Source: Takakia lepidozioides (lineage: Eukaryota; Plantae; Bryophyta). From it: 64,000 nt of DNA. The position numbers were made by a program, and so were the translations under genes. The stretch spans positions 83,018,001 through 83,082,000 of the forward strand of contig CM060732.1 in assembly GCA_030704615.1 (NCBI GenBank), in the 5' to 3' direction. The stretch's first letter is position 1; each line of letters begins with the position of its first letter. Positions 50,558-62,112 of the stretch are shown here, piece by piece. Below the pieces are notes generated by a model that was not told where the DNA came from, did not search any database, and was given only the letters and a program-made list of their open reading frames with translations.

Positions 50558-51311
50558 ATGGCGGAAAACCCGAGCGCTACAGTGTACTGCCCTCCTCACG
50601 AGCATAGAGCTTCATTTCCGTGCAAAGGGGACATCTGCCGTGTGATGGAGAAATATCTGTGCGTTCGATACCACCTGAAACCGGGTCGGTTTTTTTGGAG
50701 GAGGAAATAAGTACTCAAACGGCGTTGTTGTCGAGAGTATTGTTGTGCTCCACGATGATTTCGGCGATGGCAGGGAATGACGAGTTCCACCATCGGACAG
50801 CGTCATATACAGGGCTGTTGGGGACTTCATTTGCCCGCCAAATGCACCTTCTATCCTGGCGCCTTCCACGAAACAATCCGCGAATCAGAGTGTGGGTACC
50901 TCAAAGAGAGAAGTCCGCAACGAAGTAAATCCAGAGCCGAACCCATCAATGAAGATGAGCGAGAACCGGGTTGTTCACAACCTGTCCGACTCAGACGAGG
51001 TCATGGAAGTTCCGAGATCGTCCTGGAGATCAGGCAAGTCCTCAATGGACGTCAGTGGACGAGGGAGTCATATTCCCAGCACGAGCACCGCAGTTCGATC
51101 CATTCTTGAAATTCTGCGAGGGCTTCACATGGAGGGACACCGCTCGGAGCTGGCCGGGCTGGACTACAGCAAATTCGCAATTAAATCGGTTACATGCCTT
51201 CCCGGAGACGTCGACGGTAATATCTTCTTCGAGTTCCCTCCTCGGGCGGCCTTGCGAGAGGGCCTTCGGGACACGCCATTGCTTCGAAGAGGGCAACAGC
51301 CGATGCGTTGA
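50558..51311 (+). pseudogene. N-terminal remnant of the MULE transposase
   Basis: RSELAGLDYSKFAIKSVTCLPGDVDGNIFFEFPP aligns with KSELRGIDWSTFNV..AFLPESFDGKIVFELPP at 42370-42270; NLSDSD aligns with ELSDSS. Confidence 0.72.
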
Positions 51312-52152
51312 GCGTGAACGAGCTGCACAAACTCCTCCTTAGGGATTCCAGAAATCATTGATGGGGCAAAGAGAATCCTCCATATGGATATTTTCAATTG
51401 CATTTTCATGTATCAGACTTTTTTTGCAGTGTAATGAAATGCACCCCAAAACTCCTGGAATGAGGCAATATTCCATTCAAACTGAGATCCAACAACAGAA
51501 GCAGTTGTGGGGCCATTTCTGGAAAAATGGCGCCGAATTTCTCTATTTTGGGCCGAAAACTGGCTAAGTCCCAACATGCACTGGTCTGGATGTGTCTGGA
51601 AAAATGGCGCCGAATTTCCCTATTTTGGGCCGAAAACTGGCTAAGTCCAAACATGCACGGGAACGATGTCTGGAAAAATGGCGTCGAATTTCCAGTTACA
51701 TGACCCAGAAGTGCCCAACATCTGTGCAATCCCCGGCACACCATGTACCGAAATTCGGCGCCACATTTCCAAATTTTGGGCTTACACACCTGTCATGAGG
51801 GGACCGATAGCCGCGGAATTCGGCACCATTTTTCGCCAGATAGACCTATTACCGCGAAATACGTCACGGATTTTTCCGGTTACGGACCCTATTACTGCGA
51901 AATTCGGCGCCATTTTTGCACATGTCGCTGGGAATTGGCATGAGCGGAAGACGAAATATCATGAGCACAACTCTCAAAACTACAATTTTTCCTTCAAGGT
52001 GCCGAATAATATATTTGTTTTTTTTCTGACACATTGCATTAAATTAATGTTTTATAATGTTTTTTATTTTCGAAATCTGTACTTCTGCTCATGAAAACCG
52101 ATTGTCTTGCTACTCCGCTCATGCCGCTCATGCTCATGAAATAGCTAACCTC

Positions 52153-52872
52153 TTGATGATGGTGGGACTGCAGGCGCAGAGGACGATCCCTCCAAGCTCC
52201 ATGGCGTAAAACGACTGTCCATTTTGTTCAACTTGCCTTACTGGGAGGTGGGAATATCACACCTATGTTCTGGGGGTTTCTTTGTGCATAATAGTCCATA
52301 TTTAACATCACTTGTAGTGTTTACAACATTCATGCAATTTACTGAATTTGTGACACCGCATGGTGCAACATCTTCTCATCCGCCACACTCTGGATACCAT
52401 GCATTGTAAAAAGAACGTGACGGAGAACATAATGAAGACTATCTTTGGATAAAAGGACACCATGAAAGTTCGGCGTGATCTGGAATTGCAGGGCATTCGC
52501 AGGCCTCTGTGGTTACAACGCCATCCCACCAGAGTCGACACATTGGTAATGCCTGATGCGCCATATATGCTCACAAAGCCAGAACAGCGGGTGATCCTGG
52601 ACATTATCACCAATCTAAAAGTGCCCACTGGCTATGCCTCTGCTTTCAAAAAGCATGTGGTCAAACAAAAGTTGAGCCAATTGAAGTCACACGATTATCA
52701 TGTGCTCATGCAACAGATTCTCCCTCTTGCGCTACGAGGGTTAATGGCACCAGGGGTTCGCAATGCCATACTAAGAGTGTCTCGTGTATTTCGCAAGCTC
52801 TGTGCAAAATCGATTGATCCAACCGAGCATGAGGAATTGAAGAAGGAGGTGGCACTAACTCTTTGTGTTCTA
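52153..52872 (+). pseudogene. CACTA/EnSpm TnpD-type transposase fragment
   Basis: GVKRLSILFNLPYWE|...LDTMHCKKNV...LKVPTGYAS...LKSHDYHVLMQQILPLALRGL...FRKLCAK, typical of CACTA transposases. Confidence 0.88.
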
Positions 52873-54849
52873 CTAGGCTCACATTCCATCCCACAAGTTA
52901 TTTTGTGGTTCTCTTACTGGCCATATTCCTGGATTTATGGACCAATGAATACACATGCCGCTGTTTTAAGCTTGGTCGTTATTATCATGAAACATTTTTT
53001 CCCCAAACGAGGTTCATCGTTCCGTATCTGATGGCCTAGCTCTGTCTATGGGTTCTTTGCACACTGGCATTTAGACTGCAATTTTCTTGGGCACATGAGA
53101 GAGAACTCCCATCTCACCTTTTCTTAGTTGTTTTGCCATACATGAAGTTCAATTCATGGGCTCTCCCCTACTTAGACCAGCCCCCCATGGCAACTACCAA
53201 ATGTGTAAATGGTCGATTGCATCCCATAATTGTCTTATCCCACATGGATACCACAAATACTGCAAGTATCAATTTGTTCTTTGAAGAAACCGCCATGCAA
53301 TGTATGGCTGCGGTTTACTGAAAATGTTCACTGTGGAAACTAGCATGCCCATGTGGAAAGCTGCAAGCTCACTTAAATTTGTTTATTGAGATCCCACTAG
53401 AATGTTTGACATGTAGGCCCTACAGGAACCCATTGCAGAGTATGCTACAGGCCTTCTGCAGGACCTGAATGACAACGAACTCACCATTTTTCAATTTTCT
53501 CACCTTCTGCGGCTTGGTCTGTCGTGAAGGTGGAAATCGTCTCTCATTGATGCGCCATCCTAGCCTCAGCCTTGCAACGTTCCCCCGTTCCGTTGCAAGC
53601 TTGTGAGGATGGCGGGAGTTTTGGGTACATATGAGCCTTTCCCTCCAATTCCGAATGTAGCCAAAGACGGTCCATTCCTCTGTCGACGCTCTCTTCGCTT
53701 GCAGCCCACTTTTTGTCTCTTCCAATGCTATGCATTCAAAGGGCGTGCTCATGCGCCGTCGACGCCAGACACCCCACACTGCTTCATGGCATCGGAGCAT
53801 GGCAGAAATACAACGAAAGCACAAAATTCGCGCTGCTGCACATGCAGCTGAAGCATTGCGCATCAGCAAGAGAGTGAAAGACGCTTGTGTACTCGTCCTT
53901 CGTTGGCTGGGAGAGAGCGGGATCCACAGGAGGGAGGCCGTCCCTCACTTCTTCTGTCTTTCCGCTTGCAGCAAGAGACTCGATGCCCAAGGCCAAAAGT
54001 ACCCGCTTTTGTACGGTTATGGTGTTGGTACCACCTCCTGAAGCTCCCATGCCCTATTGGTTTCAGCCTGTGAGTTTTGTGCATCTCATATTCACTTCGA
54101 TTTAGTGTATGTACTTGTCAACTCTACCTGATTTCAATGCCATTCACATTCGTAACCAGTATTTTTCTCTTTAGCTGGGCCATGTTTTGGCGTGCGATTG
54201 GGTGGATGTGAACAAATGTATCCCCAGGCGTGTATTCCAGTAATCGAAGTGCTCGAGCGCGCGAACGGCCTGCTACGATTGTTGCACGGTGGCAATCCTG
54301 CCAGACTCCGAGGGGTCACTAATTGTACACGGCGCACACAGGGCGATCTGTTTCAAAGTCGGTTATGTGATTTTTTCCGTTGTCGGTGTACTGAATTTGA
54401 TGTTATCTTGGGTGCCCTTCAGTGGCCACATACATCTGTTCTGTAATCTTTTGAAACATAAGAGCATGAGAGAAATCAATTTTTTGCATGACTGTGCCTA
54501 CCAATCGAATGCCTTAAGGTGATCGTGTGTCGTTTCGTAGTATGAGGCACATTTTTGATCCTGTCCGCGATAAAGAAACTCCTGTCATGCACGGCTATCA
54601 TTTACACAAAAACTCACACACAAAGTGCAGTGCACTGTCCCCTCTCTAGCCTACTCGTTGTGTTCAATTGTTCTCCACACAACCCAAACGCCTTACTAAT
54701 CTGCTATGTATGCAACCGTTAGATTCGCTTCCATCCCCCGCACCACAATATCTCAACCACTTAACCAATCATATGTAGACACCCCAGAAGTTGTTCTCTC
54801 TCATAGGATCACCCTGTCATCCATCCATGTGATGATCTGGCAGAATGCA

Positions 54850-55134
54850 TTAGAGTGAGAGTCATGAAGTCATATGTCTGTCTCGCAATATGCACACGTC
54901 ATTCCAGTGTAGCCATGACCGTGACTGGCAGTCATATCCGCCATGGCAATATTCGTTGTCAAACATCGCTGACCTGTGTTGCACAGAGTCCGGAGTCATG
55001 CAGTCGCATATACGACTTCCCTAGACCTTGGTTATGACTTCAAAGGCATTTACTACTGCAAATGGCATTTCTGCCACAAATTTGTCATGACTGCGTAACC
55101 ATGGGAGTCGTATAAGCCGCAATCTGTTGTAGTG
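54850..55134 (+). mobile_element. CACTA right terminus with subterminal repeats
   Basis: Ends ...TCTGTTGTAGTG (reverse complement CACTACAACAGA), with GTCAT/GTCGCA/ATGAC repeats upstream. The left terminus was not found. Confidence 0.75.
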
Positions 55135-55220
55135 TAATAAGATGATTCCACCCTACGTAATTGATTAGTGATGGCCACAAGTCAACCTTTTTGCAGCTGC
55201 ATAAACAGTGATTGCACAAG

Positions 55221-55404
55221 GACAACCAGCATGTAGCCCAGTGGTAATGGGCACATACCACGTTGGATGTGGTTGTGGGTTCAAACCCCGGTCTGGTGTG
55301 TCATAAAGGTGTCCACCTTCCTAGCGGAAGGCAGTAGCCCTTGGGGGTGAAGTGACTCCTAAGTTACGTTTCTTTCGGGAGGCGTCATACTTTTTTTCCT
55401 TTTT
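55221..55404 (+). mobile_element. tRNA-derived SINE with T-rich tail
   Basis: A box TAGCCCAGTGG (55234-55244), B box GGTTCAAACCC (55278-55288), T tail 55391-55404, and 12-bp TSD TGATTGCACAAG (55209-55220 and 55405-55416). Confidence 0.85.
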
Positions 55405-57997
55405 TGATTGCACAAGTGAAACGAGCTATTGACTTGCTCACAGAGTTTTTGTGAGTGTAGAATGCATTTACTTGCACAATGTATTTGATGGTCAGTTGAG
55501 GTAAGGGTATCTCAGTATTATACTACTTGCCCCAACATTTGGTACCTGCAATTCCCAGCTACTGATATCCTAATACTGATATCAAACCCCATCCACCAGG
55601 TTAGGTCTGTGATTTTCTAGGTAACCTCAATAGTAAGAATAGTAGAGTAACGCAAGTTATTTTCTTTCCTCCTCCCCCACCCCGGTTTGGCTGCAAAGCA
55701 ATTTGTATGTCATGTTCAGGACTGTGGCCTCTCGGATATATTAGTTGAAGATCTTCAATTGACCAATGTGAGATCCTTATGTACTCTGACCTCAACTTTG
55801 AGAGAGAGCCAAAACGTAAAATGAAGTAGTCACATGCAAGGTACAGGAGCATTTGCTAACAGCAAGGCAATGATGTATGCATGATCTATGCAGAGACATG
55901 GGAAAGGGAAAGGGAGGTTGTTAATGCCGGATGTGCGGTTGGCCTGAAGACAACATCCATTTTCTGATACAATGTCGAGGGTATTCTCAAGTCTAATTGT
56001 TGGGCTCAACTACAAGAAGATGAGCCCTCCTCAACCCTCACAAGGGGAAAACCCTTCCCCATGTCCCAAGTGAGGCTTGACACCTCACTTGGCATATGAG
56101 ACCAAATGAAGTCCCAACACACAAAATGCACATATAAATATCCAAAATGTCCTAGTTAACTAGAAGTAGGTAATTCTAGTTAACCATGACTAAAACCATG
56201 ACAGGACAGAGGGAGACAGAGGGACAGAGGGGGAGAGGGAAGATACTTTTTGTCATGTCAAGACAAAGATAGGACCCCTAGGGTTGTTGTCATAAAAGAA
56301 TAAACAGACATATCAGCCACTTAACAGTGGCACCATCCATCAATCATCAAGCTTAGAAAATCCAAAAAAATTCCCCTATAACCAGATTGCAGGTCTGGAG
56401 ATAACCTCCAAAACCAAGCCCTTCAAGCAACAAGTGTCTTTCTTGCTTAGTTTTATCTAAGTAAGAATATCTCTACACCTAGCAAGGTGTATCATGACCA
56501 GGTTTAGGCCATGAAAAAGTATTTAAAACTGTCATGCTAGGCTACTTGCTGGACCATAAAGAGTTATAGAGGGAGAGGGAGAGAGGGAGAGAGAGGGACC
56601 CACCAGCCAATCCCCTGGCATGGCAAAACCTTACGGAGTGAGTGTGGTATGCACTCACCCCGTAAGGGAGTGCATACCAAACCCCTTCTCATAAGGTTTC
56701 CCCTCTTCCATGTAGTTCTATCCTTAGATTATATTATCCAAGGGAGTAGAATCCTACATCCTCTCTTCCTCCGGTCATGAATGAAACATTGGCATAAAGT
56801 GTATCATAGCAAGACTGGTATAGTATCGCGAGAAAAGAACAGAGAGTTCAGTGGTATACTTAGCTCTGGATAGGTACAAGTTTTTAGAAAATACCTTTCA
56901 GTTTCTCAATAAGCTCTCGCACAGGGAAGAACGGGCTAGGGAAGGAACCTCGTTCAAGGAACCTTGTCAAGATATAGCAACAGCTCAGGTCTGTAGTACC
57001 ATGCCTGTGATATAGACAAAACATCTTCTAGCAACAGATTAGAGTTGGGTATTTTTTTATGGTGCCACAAGGAGCGAAGCCATATCTAAGAGAAGTATAG
57101 AAGCACTTGATCAAAGGACTTGGTAGTCACTCAATCATAAGGTATTTGATTCTGATATAAGGCATCGGCTACAAGGGACTAGCTAACAAAAGTAGTGTGC
57201 ATTGACCGGATCAAGTATAAGGTGTACACATACTCCCGTAAGCTGTCTTACCAGGGCTTAGCTCATAATATCGGCATTCAAAAGTCCTTTAGATGCTCAG
57301 GTATCATCAAGGATGCCTTACTTTTCATACCCAATCAATCAACCATACTATTGCTGGAGAAGATCATACGTGGCCAAGGGGGATTCATACCCCAAGGCTT
57401 TCAGTTCATCATTCCAGTTTGGAATGTGTTTGCTGCCTATCTGCGTGCAAGGCTCCTCAAAAAATATCGTCAGTACATCAGAATGAGAAGGTGAAAGAGG
57501 AAAGGAGAAGGGTAGATGGTGTGTACAAAAACCACTAAGTACACTGATCAGATAAAGAGAGGGAAGATATACATGTCATGTCAAGACATGGACAAGACCA
57601 CTAAGGTCATTGTCATTGAAAGACAAAGCAGCCCTTTACAGGGCACCATCTAACAACCACTTCCATGTTTACCATCTCATTTGAATATCCCATTACATTT
57701 CAGGGTATCTGAAAAAACAGGGTGGGAGGGTGGGATTCTTGGTCAATCATATTATGAAAGCACCATAGTTTGACATACAACGATCACCACCATACTTGCC
57801 GATTGTAACATCATTTCAAAAACCAGATTGCAGGTCTGGAGATAAATCTCGAGAGCCAAGCACATAGTACTTTAAATTGCAATTGAAACAGCAAGCCATA
57901 CATGTCTTAAGCATTTGCCTGTTGACATAATGATTCCTCATTTTTTGTTGACGTGGGTCAAGCCTTACATAATCCAGTTCTTGAGCCATTCATCTTC

Positions 57998-58931
57998 CTA
58001 AAAAGACAACCTGTGTTGGCTTGAAACCGATCTATCAGTCGTGTGATTGTTTTTCAGCCACGTTAACCAGGTCGTCACAGCAAGTCTACGTACGTATAGC
58101 AAATTACATGTTTTTATGACATTAATGGATGGATGTGAAGTGCCGACGAAGTGGACGACGACCATATCTGATAATGAATCTAAGGGAGGTGGCAATTTGT
58201 TCAACAATTCGACTGCACGGCCTGGATTTTGAGCAAAACTCACCAAATTTCCTCTCAATGCGCGTTGTCCCTTTCCGCCCTTATTTACATATCGTAATTT
58301 GAACAACATGACACGACAACGGTATCTTGCTATTAATGCTTTTTCAACCATGGTTAACTTTGGCAAAATGTCGTGAACTTTTTCAATCCACCAACCATTA
58401 GCGAGTGCAAATTTTGGCATCTTGTTTTTTTTCAAGGTGGAACTACAGTTTTTGCAAATGAAGATTGTACGTGCAGTATTTGATACTCCTCGTTTGTCCA
58501 ATAACAACCCATTTAATTCGTCCAGTTGATGTTTTGTGTCATTGATAAATTCTTGGGGAATGTCTTCTAAGAGAACATGTTCTTCGAAGTGGTTTTCTAC
58601 TTGTAGGCTTAGCCATTTTTTCACGTGTTTCAAGATGTCGCTTTGTAATTCATCGATTCTCCATTTGAACATATTAGAGGTTGCTACGTCTCTGCTGCAA
58701 ACACAACAATACTGATTGGTGAAAGTCGCATTGCTGATGTATTCGTTGACGTTGGATAAACAAAATAAGTTGTTTTCCAAGCATATTTCTGGTGGAAACA
58801 TATTATGCTTTGGCTTTTTTACAGGAGTGCAATACATTTGTTCTTGTTTTCTTTTGAGTTTTTCTTTCTTGTCATTTTCGATTGCGATATATTTTTGAAT
58901 TTTTGTAGCACATGTTTGATCTTTGATCAGT

Positions 58932-58967
<36 letters not shown>

Positions 58968-59483
58968 GAATTTGTATTTTCCCCTTCGATTAACATTTGT
59001 TTCGTCTGGATCTATTTTCGTGGTTTGTGTTGGGTTTTTGGATCTGTATTTGTCCCTTCGTTTAGCATTTGTTTCGTCCGGGTCGGGAGGCAGATGGGAT
59101 TCTATTCCCGTGGTTTGTGGTGGATGTTCAGATCTGTATTTGTCCCTTCGTTTAGCATTTGTTTCGTCCGGATCGGGAGGCGGATGGGATTCTATTCCCG
59201 TGGTTTGTGGTGGATGTTCAGATCTGTATTTGTCCCTTCGTTTAGCATTTGTTTCGTCCGGATCGGGAGGCGGATGGGATTCTATGCCCGTGGTTTGTGG
59301 TGGATGTTCAGATCTGTATTTGTCCCTTCGTTTAGCATTTGTTTCGTCCGGATCGGGAGGCGGATGGGATTCTATGCCCGTGGTTTGTGGTGGATGTTCA
59401 CATCTGTAGTTGTCCCTTCGCTTAACATTTGTTTCTTTTGGATGGGGAGTCGGTTGTTTATATCTTTTTCCGTCGTTCATCAT
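57998..59483 (-). pseudogene. Helentron/Helitron-type Rep-helicase N-terminal region (DUF6570-like), 3'-truncated; frame break at the poly(A) run
   Basis: CCVC; CKNC..LKKNKMPKFALANG.W...LPKLTMVEKALIAR...QRALRGNLVSFAQN...LYVRR..V..WL.WLK.NH. Confidence 0.78.
58990..59450 (-). repeat. Coding 90-bp tandem repeat x ~4.5-5 (DPDETNAKRRDKYRSEHPPQTTGIESHPPP)
   Basis: GATCTGTATTTGTCCCTTCG recurs at 59041, 59130, 59221 and 59310. Confidence 0.95.
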
Positions 59484-59709
59484 TTAGTTTCTCTTTATTT
59501 AAAGCATACTTTCTTCGTCTCTTATCATTAGCAGTTTCTTTTGCCATGTTAAGTTGAAATTATAGACATCTAGAGATATGTTTACAAATAAATAATTGTA
59601 TTCACATAAGACATTGGTCTTTTGATAAAATAAATAATTGTTGTATAGGTCTAGATGTTTTTTTCATAAAATAATTATCTTTGATGGAAATCATTTGTCT
59701 GGAAAGATG

Positions 59710-61715
59710 AAAAAGAAATAGATCAAGAAAATAAAGGTTTCAAACCTGTCCGCCTCTCTCTCTTCGGACAGAGTTCGAGTGCCCAGATTAAAATTGTTTC
59801 AAATCCGCCATTCTCCCCCACCGGATTGGGCTCGAATCCCCTAGTGATGCTGCAAGATATGGGAGAGATGGAAACTAAAAAGGAAAAGATAATAAATTTT
59901 TCAAACCCGTCCCGATCTCCCTCTTCGGAGAGAGTTCGAGCCCCCAGATTAAAATTGTTTCAAAACCGCCATCCTCCCCCACCGGACTGGGCTCGAATCC
60001 CCTAGTGATGCTGCAAGATATGGGAGAGATGGAAACTAAAAAAGAAAAGATAATAATTTTTTTAAACCCGTTCTGCACTCCCTCTTCGGAGAGAGTTCGA
60101 GCCCCCAGATAAAATTGTTTCAAAACCGCCATTCTCCCCCACCGGACTGGGCTCAAATCCCCTAGTGACGCTGCAAGATATGGGAGAGATGGAAACTAAA
60201 AAGGAAAAGATAATAAATTTTTCAAACCCGTCCCGCTCTCCTTCTTCGGAGAGAGTTCGAGCCCCCAGATAAAAATTGTTTCAAAACCACCATTCTCCCC
60301 CACCGGACTGGGCTCGAATCCCCTAGTGATGCTGCAAGATTTGGGAGAGAGGGAAAATAAAGAGGAAAAGATAATAAAGGTTTCAAACCCGTCCGCCTCT
60401 CTCTCTTCGGAGAGAGTTCGAGTGCCCTGATAAAAATTGTTTCAAATCCGCCATTCTCCCCCACCGGACTGGGCTCGAATCCCCTAGTGATGCTGTAAGA
60501 TTTGGGAGCGAAGGAAAATAAAGAGGAAAAGATAATAAAGGTTTCAAACCCGTCCGCCTCTCTCTCTTCGGAGAGAGTTCGAGTGCCCAGATAAAAATTG
60601 TTTCAAATCCGCCATTCTCCCCCACCGGACTGGGCTCGAATCCCTTAGTGATGCTGCAAGATATGGTCGGTGCAAGGTGGATTGTTCTACATTCTCCCCC
60701 ACCGAACTGGGCTCGAATCCCCAAGTGATGCTGCAAGGTATGGTCTGTGCAAGGTGAATTGTTCTATTAATCTAACAAGCCTTGGAAGGGCCTTGAGCCT
60801 GCGTTGGTATATCGGTGGGCAAAGATTGGATACTTTCTACGCCTCAGAGGACCGTACTTTGGCTTTTTCTAAAGAGGACTTCGGATCGGACCTGACCAGA
60901 CAAACAATACTTCTACTTATAGAAGGGAGTTTGGGTCTCTTTGGCTTTTTCTAAAGAGGACTTCGGTTCGGACCCGACCAGACAAACACTACTTCTACTT
61001 ATAGAAGGGAGTTTGGGTGTCCGGGAGGAGAGAGGAAAACTAAAAAGAAAAAGATAATAAATTTTTCAAACCCGTCCCGCTCTCCCTCTTCGGAGAGAGT
61101 TCGAGCCCCCAGATTAAAATTGTTTCAAAACCGCCATTCTCCCCCACCGGACTGGGCTCGAATCCCCTAGTGATGCTGCAAGATATGGGAGGGAGGGAAA
61201 ATAAAGAGGAAAAGATAATAAAGGTTTCAAACCCGTCCGCCTCTCTCTCGTCGGAGAGAGTTCGAGTGCCCAGATAAAAATTGTTTCAAAACCGCCATTC
61301 TGCCCCACCGGACTGGGCTTGAATCCCCTAGTGATGCTGCAAGATATGGTCGGTGCAAGGTGGATTGTTCTACATTCTCCCCCACCGGACTGGGCTCGAA
61401 TCCCCTAGTGATGCTGCAAGGTATGGTCTGTGCAAGGTGGATTGTTCTATTAATCTAACAAGCCTGACCAGGCAAACACTAATTTTACTTATAGAAGGGA
61501 GTTTGGATCTCCGCACTTTGGCTTCTTCCAAAGAGGACTTCGGATCAGACCCGGCCAGGTTAACACTACTTCTACTTATTGAAGGGAGTTTGGGTCTCCG
61601 GAGGAGAAGGAAAAATAAAAAGGAAAAGATAATAAAGGTTTCAAACCCGTCCCGCTCTCCCTCTTCGGAGAGAGTTTGAGGCCCTAGATGCAAATTGTTT
61701 CAAAACCGCCATTTG
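59710..61715. repeat. ~160-bp tandem array (~9 units) with an interspersed ~80-bp second motif, upstream of the Helentron ORF
   Basis: AAAAGATAATAA recurs at about 59884, 60045, 60205, 60366, 60527, 61029, 61210 and 61624. Second motif TTGGCTT..AAAGAGGACTTCGG at about 60859, 60941 and 61517. Confidence 0.93.
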
Positions 61716-62112
61716 TTGGAGCCTGAATCATCAACTCACCCCGCAACTATTAGTTTACACACATAAAATGTCTAAGGAAGGCTAGTTTTTTTTTTAAATG
61801 ATGCAAAATTTGAGATTATCATTTGAGGAGCGGTTGCCAAGGAGCAAGAGATGTATCATAAGTCAAACAGTAAAGATATTTTAGCGGAGGAGTCGAACCA
61901 TTCGGAACGAGCTGTGAATCGCTTGTTGAAAAACTTCTATAGTAATTTTTATTAACATGCAATTATTTATTGTCTATATATCATGGAACATTGGAACATT
62001 GGAACATATAAGCAGTGAGAGAGTACACAGTACATGCACGATCAAAATTCACTTTTGTCTTTGAAACTGTACTATGCTACGGCCGCAAAATTAGTATGTA
62101 TGCAAGTATGGT

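Larger units (their letters stand above)
48343..52152. mobile_element. Internally deleted MULE-like derivative (ParB-MTase remnant on -, transposase 5' remnant on +)
   Basis: Termini CGGGGGCTGCTATTTCATGAGC and GCTCATGAAATAGCTAACCTC, with CATGAGC subterminal repeats. GGCGCC-core motifs at 51520-51920. No convincing TSD. Confidence 0.7.

Noticed and set aside
48335-52160. TSD for the 48343-52152 element
   Set aside because: Flanks TTGACAGC and TTGATGAT match only 4 of 8, and left and right flanks belong to different elements.
52875-54520. ORFs between the CACTA transposase fragment and its terminus
   Set aside because: No recognisable domain or consistent splicing could be established.
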